In this document: in pieces, positions 10,720-22,400 of the stretch
Position numbering within the stretch: position 1 is the first letter of the stretch
Layout: every line of letters starts with the position of its first letter
Origin: Kudoa neothunni
Taxonomy: Eukaryota; Animalia; Cnidaria
Assembly: GCA_964304625.1 (NCBI GenBank)
Contig: OZ199840.1
Coordinates: 2,086,532-2,150,531 of the forward strand
Reading direction: 5' to 3'
DNA: 64,000 nucleotides
Notes under the pieces: generated by a model
Database searches by the model: none
What the model was told of the DNA's origin: nothing
The model's input: the letters and a program-made list of their open reading frames with translations, nothing else
Made by a program: the position numbers and the translations under genes

Positions 10720-13184
10720 ACTACGACACTATTCTACTATTCCGGATACAAACATTAAAAGGATTATCTTGTGCACAAATCTTGTACGATAGTTGCGATA
10801 ATGGATTTGGATACGTTGTTTCGAAGAGTTGATACGCGAGAAAACGCAATTAATTTCCTAACATTGAGCGAATATTAAATCCAAATGCGTAATAATTCTC
10901 TCGATGTTCTAGAATCTAGAACAGTGAGTCTGATTAAGGACCGCGACCCATTTACAAATCGATGCAATTTGCATAGAATTAAAAAAACTTTAAATACGGC
11001 TCAATTTTAGAAAATTCGAATATAAATGAGCGTTTTTTATTAAGATGCTATATGCTACCGCCTCGACATAATTGTAACTACTGCCAGTATCATGGCAAAC
11101 GTTTCATCTACTACCGCTGTGTAATGGTACAAATATTTTAGGGACATATGAGCCCATCATCTTATATAGAACCCCCCACCAAATAAGTGGAGTTGGCCAT
11201 GTTGTGAAAATTGATAAATCGCTCATTGCGAAAAGAAAAAACAACGTGGGACATGTTGTAGAAGAAAGGTGAGTATTTGGTGATTTTGATCCTGGAACAA
11301 AACAGGACTTCCTAACATTCGTTCCAGACAGAATAGCTGCCACCCTTTTTGTTTTATATTGAAAAATTCATTCTGATTATTGGTCGGCATACAATGGTAT
11401 AACCAATATGGATGTTGTTCCTCGTTATGTCCATAAATGATTGAATCATAAAAAATATTTTAAGGTCTCAATTTCTGATGTCCATAGAAACCATGTAGAA
11501 TGCCACTGGAAAAATTGTAAGAAAATTTAAACGTATGTTGGGAGTCCATTCTTCAATGGTGGAGTCTTGCCTTGATGAATTTCTCTGAAGAGAAAAATAT
11601 GGGATAACTCCCCAAGAAAGATTCGACGATATCATTCAACATCTTACGGAATGGTATAGATTTTAAATAAAATTTCATTTATTTGTTTTGATGTAATATG
11701 TGCTATTTATTGTTTCCTCTTTAAAGCCATCACGTCTATTCAAATTTTTAAAACTTTTATATTGAAATCTAAATTTAAATGTAGAAGAAACATTCTTATA
11801 ATTTTCTTTGACGTGATTACATAATTATTAAATTTTTGCGTTTTATTGGTTTTAGTATTTATATTTTTTGATGTTTTGATACAATAATTGATCTGTATAG
11901 TTCGAAATATTGTCTTTTAATGTAATGATATTTTAGGATTAAAATAGTTGTACTTATGTTATTATATTGTTTTAAAAACTTGCATATAAGACTTAAAATA
12001 TATTTTATACTTTTGCCTAATAATCCTTTGAGGTTATAGGAAATTAAAATGAAAAAATGCAGAATTTTAAAAATAATAAAGTCATTTATTCAATGAAAAA
12101 TATGTCAAAATTTTCCAATTACGAGAGCATCAACCATTATTTATTTTAAATTAAAAATATTACATAATCTAAGATCCTTTAGAAATTGTCTGTTCGTTTA
12201 ACATAATTTTCCTTTTTGTAAAAATTGAAAGTTGGACATTTATATTATTTGCAATATAGATGTCTCACCATCAAACTTAATGAAATTATAGAGATAGACG
12301 ATCGCAATATGTATTGGCCCAGCCGTATTATTTTTTAAAATTTTCATAAAATTAGTTTATGCATTCAACTTACATATAAAAACTATCGATGAATTATGAA
12401 TTCAGGATCTTAATCGTCTATCAACAAATACCAATTATCTTATATTAACGTATCATTTAAGCACATACATACATACATACATACATATGAAAATAATTCC
12501 AAAATTTCAACATCGTATATTCGTAATGTAAGGGTATTATGTAGCTTTACATTAGCTCTAATAGCCGGAAATATAATTAAAGATTCTAATAATAAAATAA
12601 TAAACATAAACAAACAAACAAACAAAACTTTATTTTTCGGTCGCAATTTTGAGGATAAAATAAAACAAAAACTTTTTCCTTAAGAGAAACTAACTATAAA
12701 CATAGCATTGGTTATACTATTATTTGATTGTTATCACCCAAACCAATATATATTTCAATCAAATAATATATATTCTTAATTTTTTATAATAACAGCTAAT
12801 TCAATTCGGTCCGTGGATTATCTAGCATGTGAAAAACGGAGTAATAATGAAACAAACAAGTATTTTCATGGAGTGGTGATGATTTAGCTCGATGAATGTA
12901 AAATTTAAAAAAAGTTGTTAGTATGCGGGAATATCGTAAACTCCATATATCTCAGCAACAATCATTAATAATGACAATTTGACGTAATTAATGCATAAAA
13001 TCTACATTTAAAAATTAGGATAGCAAATTGATTCAATAAGTTTATTAAACATAACCTTCCTTCACAATTGTTCGAGTAAGTGTATGTTAATGATAGAGAA
13101 TAATTTATTTACATTATCGTCATATACACTATTATTGACAACACTTAATGTTTATGTCCGGAATAGTAGAATAATGTCGAGACT
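10720..13184 (+). mobile_element. Merlin/IS1595-type element with about 35-bp TIRs and pseudogenised transposase (about 10800-11670)
   Basis: TIR cgacactattctactattccggatacaaacattaa (10724) and its inverted copy at about 13145-13179; + strand ISGVGHVVKIDKSLIAKRKNNVGH...FVPDRIA...NHVECHW. Confidence 0.8.
12463..12487 (+). repeat. (CATA)n microsatellite; (AAAC)n nearby at about 12608-12625
   Basis: Direct inspection. Confidence 0.9.
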
Positions 13185-13238
13185 ATTTGTAGGAACGTTT
13201 TTATTCGAAGTTCAAATTTATTAAATTATAGTAATTCT

Positions 13239-14286
13239 GGCCGATCTACAGTATACGTGTACCAACTTTGGGCTCAGTCGAAAACGCTCTCAAAAAATCG
13301 TCAATTTATTTAATTTGTATGTAGTGTCAATAAATATCTACAAAGTATGTTTAATTCTCGTTTGTAGTACTTCCTTCGAAAAACGTAGTCTGATACATAC
13401 ACACGCAAGATTTCGGGGTGTTTGTATCTAAGTGTAAAAACGCCCCAAGTAGATTCCATCCTCAACCCGATTGGTATGAACTCCCTCACTTTAAACGAAC
13501 TGTCGTTTATGGACAACTCTTCCATGAACGAAGCCTAAACTTTCTAGCCTATTGTATCCAGCCCAACCGTCAGTCCATATTGTGGATCCTTCTTCTACGT
13601 TATCAACCATTATGTTCTCAAGAACATTCTGATTTCTTTAGCAGGATATTTTTAAAAAACATTCACCATTTTCGCCTATTCCCCCAATTAACCAGAGCTA
13701 TTGGTTCTTTAAAGTTCTCCCCACGTTGAATTTTCTTTGGAAACAACCGTCTCATTGATTTGAACTACAACGTTTTTGCCTTCAATTTTTGTAAACTCTT
13801 CGTCCAAAATCGAAGCTATCAAATATCGAATTACACTCTTCCATTCTGATATTGTAGAAAAGGATGCGATATCGACATGATGTTGTATTTCTTCATAGGT
13901 GGCTCTGGAATGTTGGACAGTATAGGGGATAAGACAAAACATTTCCACAATGGAAGCTTTGACAATTCGAAAATATTGTATTTTCTAACTGAACATCTCT
14001 TTCGGCAAAATTTGAAATAAAAATGATGACCATTGCCAATGTCCTTTCTCGTCCCCATTTTCATTTTCATTATCGAGCCACAAGAACATTTAAAATAGCT
14101 CCTCAAAAGTCCAGTATTGATCAGAGTTTCGATAGTATAAATTATATCGTCTCGTAAATAACCATAATTAAGTGTTTTCATGGTTTCTATAATTTTCGAT
14201 GTGAAGTTTCTTTTAAACTCGACATGGCTCAAATATTTCCCCAGAAGATACCTCCCGAAGTTGGTACACAATACTATAGTATAGTC
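13239..14286 (-). mobile_element. Merlin/IS1595-type element, frameshifted transposase
   Basis: TIRs GGCCGATCTACAGTATACGTGTACCAACTTTGGG / CCCGAAGTTGGTACACAATACTATAGTATAGTC; ORFs with CxC zinc ribbon, IEGKNVVVQINE and MESTWGVF. Confidence 0.85.
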
Positions 14287-14879
14287 GAAATATTCTTTCT
14301 AAAGACTCAATTTTTTTCTTCTCTTTTTTATTTATTTTAAATGGATCGTAAAGAAATTTGCGAAAAAGATTTTTCATGTACCACAGGCATCATAATTGCC
14401 TGTTCTTCTCTGTCTTTTTGGATGACCATCAAGAGCAGATTTCCGACGAATTCATTAAATTCGATTTCATATATATATCAATCCAAGTATCTTTGAAATG
14501 GAATCTTCCAGACAAATTTGTAGATTCGGTTATTTGTTCTCAATTAAATTTGTGGAAAAATTTAACAGCAATTTAACATGTATTTAAAACGTTAAATACA
14601 ATAGGTAGTAGTATCAGAAGATTTTTTTATAATAATTTCCGGGGGATAAATGGGAATATGCCAGGGAACCTCTCGTCGCGCCTGTAAAATATACAACATG
14701 CATTCTTAATAAAGTGAGAATTCATTACTTGTTAATATATACTTTTAAAGTTTCACGAGTGAATTTTCTTTTGAAAGGATACTCTGATAGGTAAGAACCT
14801 ATCAATTAACATTTCCTGTTGACGATGTGACGATATTTTCGTTTCACAACCCCCCTCAAAATTGCCTTGATGCATTTTT

Positions 14880-15500
14880 ATGAACCCCATTTCTTATTTG
14901 AACTCATCTTTGCGTATCACAACATCGTATTGATAATCATTAAAAGGCAAATTGTTATATCCCTTCCAACCATAAGTCTGTATCATCTAGCCCAATTCAA
15001 CATTGCTCAATATGATATTTTCCGGCATCGGTAATTTGTTGGAAAATATAACCATTTTTTTCTATTCTACCAACCATATGATAAGAATAGTTCATTACAA
15101 TTCTCCCTAGGTGATACTTCCACAAATATTTGACTCGTCAATTTGAACAACCAAGCCAAGAGGGCCAAATTTTTTCATGGTGAGCTTCCAAATACTCTAA
15201 GTAAATTTCTTCGATTTACTGTGTCGATTCAACTACAGTTTACTCAGAACCAATACATAGTTGTTTATATATTGTTCATTTGACATATTTATGTCAAAAT
15301 ACCTCAGAGCAAATATTTGTCATAACTATAAATGTGACCCTTCTAAATATGTTCACTTTTTGACGGGACAATTCTCTTCTCAAATATTGCACAAAATTGT
15401 TGTAAATCAATTCAATTTTTTTGTTTGCTACATACATACCTGATAAGAATTTATCACATTTTAATTTTCGGTAGCATACCTAAGTTCTATAATGGATTAA
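14880..15500 (-). mobile_element. Highly degenerate Merlin/IS1595 transposase fragment
   Basis: Minus strand at about 15105-15175 reads KFGPLGLVVQIDESNICG..KYHLGR; boundaries approximate. Confidence 0.55.
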
Positions 15501-16660
15501 AAGTTTTTTGAAAGTGGGTCTCAAAAAATCCTCGACTTTCTTTAGCGGTTTACTGAAGCTCCATATAAAACCAGTTTAATGGTTGTCGAGTCTAAAATAT
15601 TTTTACGATCCCCCGACTTAATGGATGTTCAAGATAATTCCACATAGTTCTCTTCAAATTCACATCTCTAATATTGAAATTCATCCATCCGTTTCACTCA
15701 TTTTTATGCTAGTAGCGTCAAATTATTTCATCAAAGTAACACAAAACGATCTCGAATAACAATTTAAAATATCACATTCATTATTTCTGAATAGGAGAAT
15801 ATTAATTATTCAATACATTCGTATAAATCTTAAATTTTTCTGAAAACTTAAGGTTTTCAACAACCGTCGTATGGTTGTATATAACGACTATTCTCGATTG
15901 AATCCCGACACTGTACCGAAGTGATTTTAATGGATTAATAACCAGATGATTGGCTCCTTTTCTTATTATTTAGTCCGCAAAAATTGATTATAATAAATTA
16001 TCTGATATATCTATATTTGTCAAGTTAAATCATTAAGTTAAAGTCTGATACCATTCAGATCCAAAATGTCTTTAGAGGATGGCCTTCTCGGCATCTTTAA
16101 ATAGTTAATCATAGAAATTGTTATTTAAAACAAAATTAAATTAACTTATTATATATATATATATATAGATTAGATTATCTTAATGCATCCAACTAATATA
16201 AACATTCGATGCATGTTGCTACCGATACCACAGATCACTATCAGATCACTATCAGAATATTATCGGTTCAAGGTAATGATCGAAATATTTTTTAGAATAC
16301 GATTATAAGATTTTAGAAGAAAATTTCAAATCAGTCAATAAAATAGTTGATAGAACATGGATTAGCATTAATGGTCTAATTAGGGTGAATTTATCGAAAG
16401 GATTAAAATAAATAACTTGATTAAAACGTAAAAGATTGTGCAAAACATGTTTATTATGATGAAAATGAAATAAACGAGAAATGACAGATGAGGTTATGTG
16501 ACAGAAGAGTGATACGCGATTAGAAAATGGATTAGCGCAATACAAAATGAAACACTTTCAACTGAGTTGGAAAATATAATTTTTCGTAAACCAATCATAA
16601 CAATAATATATAATATAATAGTTATTATACAACTATGTCGTTGTAATTTTGAATGGGTTA

Positions 16661-16831
16661 TTATAGCACCACACTAGCCATAACTATCCTTGTGATAGAA
16701 GCCCAGAATAGAATAATGACCAACGCAAGGAGAAGGATGACAAATTTCTCTTGTTTCGAGTAGAAATTCAACGCCGTATACACCGTAAACAAATGATAAT
16801 ATCGATGTAGGATTGATGGTATCAGTCTCAT
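16661..16831 (-). CDS. 56-aa membrane protein resembling the serine palmitoyltransferase small subunit (SPTSSA/B-like)
   Basis: MRLIPSILHRYYHLFTVYTALNFYSKQEKFVILLLALVIILFWASITRIVMASVVL*; YY..TAL-x6-E[KR]xV followed by a TM helix matches the ssSPT pattern YYQYLLVTALYMLEPWERTVF; divergent from UBE2G1. Confidence 0.6.
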   Translation of the reverse strand: MRLIPSILHRYYHLFTVYTALNFYSKQEKFVILLLALVIILFWASITRIVMASVVL

Positions 16832-17037
16832 TCAAAATAATTCGATTAAAATCGTCGTGGAATTAAATAACGCATTTTTATTGCTGAATACACCCAATAA
16901 TACAGTTTAAATGGGGCCAGCACCAAAATTAACCATTTATAATCATGACAACTATTGGGTAATTTTTCTCTGTCTAATCGTTTCAATGACAATAGTTGGA
17001 TGTTCGGTAGCGGTGGAAATCTACCGAAGATTAAATA

Positions 17038-17781
17038 ATGTCCCACGACAGAGCTACATTATTATTAAAAAAGCAATTGGCTGGTAGAATCGACTGGAAT
17101 AATTCCAATGGATTATGTTTTTGTAGAGCTAAAGAAAAAGCCACTTGATGGCTTTTCTGCTGGATTGGCTGATGATCAAAACCTTTTCAAATGGGAAATT
17201 TTAATTATGGGCCCACCAGATACATTCTAGTGTGTTGGTTTGGAGTTGTTGTGTTTGATGTTATTTTGTTATTAGCGAAGGTGGATTTTTTAAGGCTATA
17301 CTCGACTTCCCTCCAGAATATCCCCTAAAACCTCCAGTGATGAAATTTGTTAGTGATATTTTGGCATCCAAATAGTACGTCTATATTTGATTTAAAATTT
17401 ATAGGTGTATTTGTGGTGTTTGTCGAATTAGGATTTAGTTTTTTTTTATTTTAGTCGGCACTGATGGCTATGTGTGTATAAGTATATTACACGATCCAGG
17501 TGAGGATTCATATGGTTACGAATGTGCTAGTGAACGATGGTTACCTGTACACACTGTGGAAACAATTGTTGTAAGTGTTATCTCAATGCTGTCTGATCCT
17601 AACGACAAATCTCCTGCCAATGTTGATGCTGCGGTATTATGCGGTCTCATAACCCACAAATTTAATATATTCTTTGTTATTTCTCCACCTATAGAAACAA
17701 TGGAGGGAAGATTACAATGGTTCATTCAAAAAAAATGTAATACGATGTGTTAGAAATAGTCAAAAGATGTTGGATAGCTAA
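17038..17781 (+). CDS. UBE2G1: Ubiquitin-conjugating enzyme E2 G1 (UBC7 family), 5 exons; one apparent +1 T near 17359-17362
   Basis: Spliced: [29 protein letters not shown]...GPPDTFYEGGFFKA...WHPN...[32 protein letters not shown]...SPANVDAA|KQWRED...*; GT-AG introns. Confidence 0.92.
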
Positions 17782-18498
17782 CATTTTGTTAATTTATCCT
17801 TGTTCATTAGATATTTTTTCGCTTTATAAATGTTGTGTTATTGATTCTATTTTTAAAATAATAATGCGGTTGTATTTCTTGGGAGTATAAAGTATCATGT
17901 GGCGCACCTACACAATCATGTTATGATATGATTGTTGGATCAATTTTATAAATTTGGACTGTTCGTAGTTATTTTTTGGTGTTATTGTAAAAATAATAAA
18001 ACATTAATTAATTAATATTTTATAACATAATTAGTGTTTCTACAATATTTATATTTAATTGAATACTCAAATATTGGAGGTATTTTAAATTGTTAAAAAC
18101 ATTTTTGTATTTGGGGAAATTTGGATACGTTATTATATGAGAAAAATGGGTTTGATTAAATTGTTAGAAAATAGTACTTAGCTTGGGGTTGATTTAAAAG
18201 ACATGTGCGTGCGCGTGTAATTATTTGTGCCCTTTTTTTCTTGAAAATTTAAGGATCTCATAAATTTTTTAATCCCGTAATATATCAAATAATTTAACAT
18301 ATTTTTTTGTTATACAATTTATTCATTGATTCTAGTTAATATAAACCAAAACAAATAATTAACTATAATAGTTTGTTGTTATATTCTGTTGACATTTTTT
18401 GTTTCAAAAAGGTGTGGATTTTAATAAGTTGCCATAATAACATTGTTCATTAGAAAATATGATTATATAATAATTTAGCAAATTATAGAATGTCTTAA

Positions 18499-19360
18499 CC
18501 TTCCGAGCATTTTGTGTTATTAATTTTATATACTTATTTACAATTAGATAAGATTTATATCCGGTGTATTCTCATAAAAGGAACACATGAATATTGTAAT
18601 CGTTTATTTTATAAAAATATTAAAGTTATAAGGGAAATCAATTAACTTTATATACTTTGTGCTCTTTGGGGTCTATTAGACCCAACGTTTTTATTGGCTT
18701 AAACAACTATAAAAATTATTATATGCATCATGTTAAAATTGAAACAGATCCTATCGAATAAATTAAGAGAAAATAACGAAACAAACATCTACGATGATCT
18801 CCGAGGAATGCCGAAGAACAAGATTGTAGATTTGAGTGCATCTGATAATATATAATCTGATGATAATGATATTGAATCCTTTGATGTATACAAAAAAATG
18901 GTGTAATATGGAATACTGAAGTCCCGAAAACATCAAAAGTGTGCAAAGAAAATATTGTAAACAAAGCGCTGGGTGTTACTGCTTATGCACCACATAGAAT
19001 AAAGGGATTTTCTAATTTCTCAGATGTATTTTTTGGTGATGACATTTATGATCCATTATACAGAATACAAATAAATTTGGCTCATATCACTATAGGTGAT
19101 CTTGGAAATAGTTATCCAATGTGGAATTTCGCGCCAACATACGTATGCTGATATATATATATATATGGTAATATTCAAATAAAAATTAGAGTTTGTAAAA
19201 AACACTTTGGAGTAAGGGTAAAGGTAGAGAAATATTTAGAAGTATCATGCCTTTGAGAAGATGTATTGAAATTACAAGAGCACTCCATTTCGGTGATTAT
19301 ACAACCAGAGCCGAAAGAAAACCAACCGGTAAATTTTGTCAAATACGGGGAAATCATATA
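18499..19360 (+). mobile_element. Truncated piggyBac-like element (5' part)
   Basis: TTAA|CCTTCCGAGC end, GGGGTCTATTAGACCC at 18668, transposase remnants KKNGVIWN...ENIVNKALGVTAYA and LWSKGKGREIFRSIMPLRR...LHFGD. Confidence 0.7.
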
Positions 19361-19440
19361 TCTACTATATATGTATAAAGCTGAAGTGTCCGTGTGTGTC
19401 AGCAAGTACGCATGTGCGTCAAAATTATTTCCTTATATAG
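19361..19440 (+). mobile_element. Helitron-like 5' terminus
   Basis: A|TCTACTATATATGTATAAAGCTGAAGTGTCCGTGTGTGTC is typical of Helitron 5' ends; it may pair with the CTAG 3' end at 26772. Confidence 0.45.
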
Positions 19441-22400
19441 CAGGGGTGGGGCAAACTTTTTTTGGTCTGGGGCGTACCTTTAAAAAATAGCTTTTTTGTA
19501 CTGATAAAAGATAGCAAATATTTCAGAACTCATTCTTTATCTATTACATATGTTTTCATCGTTTAAAATAAATTTAGATTTTGCTTTCCTAAATATTTTC
19601 ACTTATTACAATCCTAAATATTATTTACACAGGAGGAAGTTTCCAAATCGTACGAAATTTTAAAATAGGCCTTATTCCGAAAATTTGAAGTAATTCGTCT
19701 TCTTCAAAACAACATAAAATATCCTAATTATAAAATTTTCCATAATAATTTAATTATGAGATTTTTTATTCGCGAGAAAATAAAATAAACGTAATACTAA
19801 GTAAAAAGGACTACTGTGATTTACGGAACTGGCAGTTATCATTAATAATTTTGTCCAAATCAGGTTTTAATGAGCTTGTACTTATTCTCAAAATCGAGTG
19901 CAGATTGGAGTCAGTCATTATCGCTCTATTTTGAGACTTGTTTATTTTCATTACAGAGAATGTTTGCTCACATATATATGTTGATGCGAAAATAAAAAAC
20001 ATTCTTTTGACAAATCTTCTCAAATTAGGCAACTAATAATTGTTGAGAGCAGAGTAAAAACTAATTAAATTGTTTGTTTCGAATATTTTTTTAGGGAAGT
20101 GTCGGCTTGTAGGTCTATTAATTCTAATTGCAGTTCTTCCAGGGATGTTCCAACACCACATATAACAGTCGGACAGAGCAAAGTAAAGTCATTTTCGATC
20201 AACCTAAAATCGGAAAATCTTCTGGCGAACTCTTCTTTTAACCCTATTAACTGGGAACTATAGTTATCACATAATGGTAGAAAATGGACAAAGTTTTTAT
20301 TTTTATGTTGATTGGAAAATAGCAGAAATTTTACATTCAAGTCATTCACCTTTTCCATTATATCTACAGCGAGTGCGAAATCACATAACCATGCATGATT
20401 TTTGATTTTATCAACAAAATCGCAACTAATGTCCGTTATGTTTAAAAAGAGGGAAATTCCGGTTTTCAGGGCTCATACTTAACCATCGTACATTAGTGTA
20501 ATAGAGTACACCGGTAAAATCAGATTCAATTTCCTCTAAAAAGCTCCTAAATTGTCTATGTAGAAGATCTCTTGATCTTATCACATTACCATCAAACGCT
20601 ACAGGATCCAAAACATGCTTAAATTTCAATGAATATTTACACAAGCTTTCTTGGTGTATAATACAATGAAATGACAAAATTTTGTGTGGAGGGAAATCTT
20701 CATTGATCTTATCATTCATCAGTTTTATTAGCCCAGAGTGTTTTCCCACAAGTGAAGGCGCTCCATCAGTAGTGAGTAGTGACACTGGTGAGTTTGTCCA
20801 AGCTTAACCGGAGCTGTTCAAATTATTCATAACATTATCAAAAAATCTTGTCCAATTGTGGTATTCTTCAAAGATTCAAGTGATAAGAGCTCCTCGGTAA
20901 TTTCGAAATTATGGTCAATTCCTCTTACAAAAATGAGTAATTGTGCGATATCGGTAGCATCCGCATTTTCGTCCAAAGCAATACAATAATACTCAAAGTT
21001 GACAACTTTTTCGAACAAAATTTCTTGTACGTTTTGAGAAATATTCTCAATTTGTAGAACAATTGTTCTTCGTGATAGAGGAATAGCTTCAATTTTCGAG
21101 ATGACTTCAGGGCATAAAGCATTAACACCCTAAAACACTCTTTAATAAACTCCTCTTCCGAGAATTCCTTGTTATGTTTTGCTAATGTGTGGGAAAGCAT
21201 ATAGCCCCAGCTATCGTAGCATTTCTTTGTATGGGACGTTGCTTTTCAAAATAAATTTTGTTGGAGTTTTAAATTTTCTACCATATCAGATGCCTTCTTT
21301 TTCAATTCATCCTGTGACAAATTGCAGCCAAAATGAGAATGTTTGGCTTGATAATGGCGTTTCATGTTGTATTCTTTGTACACAGAAATTGTATTACGGC
21401 AAAAAAAACAAACAGCCTTATTGTTGATGATCTTAACAAGGTACTTTCAGTCCACTCGTGATTGAAAATTCGACATTCGTCTTCAATTTTCTTTTTTTAG
21501 ATTGGTTGAAACTAGCCAACTCAACAAACTTTGTATACTACAAAAATTTTGGGCAAAAGTATAAAGGGGTAACCGCTGTTTATAACGTCATCAAAAAGGC
21601 ATATTTTTCATCTTTGTTGAGAGAGGTATGTTTTGTTACTTTACATCATTTAATTATGGTAAAAAAGTTTATCCCTGTGTATATAAAATCCGATATAATT
21701 TGAATAGAAACAGCTCATCGATCAGTAGATCCATGAATACCAGTTAAACGAAGTCAACATTACGATATTAACCCTTCCGGTACCAACTGGGGTATTTAAG
21801 TGACCCCATATTATCTATTTTGTTTCTAAATCCAAAAATCAGCTTCTGATAGTCCTTCAAAATTTCAGAATACCTCAATTACTATTATTTCGATATTTTG
21901 ATGAAAATATTTTTTACAATATAATTAAATCTAATGAATAGATTCAAAAATAATACTAGAGTTAATTTTTAATGCATCGGATTAGTTTTCTAATGTTACA
22001 TATTTGTTTTATAAATATCAAAAATAGCTTTATTCCCCAACAAAAATTTGAAAATATCCATTCTAATATATGAAAAAATGGTGCGCCTTTCTAAATATTA
22101 CCGCCTCGCGGATTAACGAGGATTAATTCGATTACTCCACGCGCTTAACGTTTCTTGTGGATATTTAGGTAGCAATTGTCAAATAACTTTTGTTGAGGCA
22201 TCAGTAGTATTTATTATGAGATTAGACCAAACCATTGATGATGTTGAAAACTTATTGGGATTCTTCTTCGGTAGATAATGATAGTCGCTCAGAATATGAA
22301 ATATGTGAATCAAATGATTGCGGTGAAGACGATTGTGTTATTAGTGATATAGATAATGATTCTATTTTTTCTTCTCCGTCTGGTCTTGAGTGGTCCAAAA

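Noticed and set aside
9797-14271. IS1595-like ORFs as bacterial contamination or recent horizontal transfer
   Set aside because: They are decayed, AT-rich and contiguous with intron-containing genes, consistent with eukaryotic Merlin elements.
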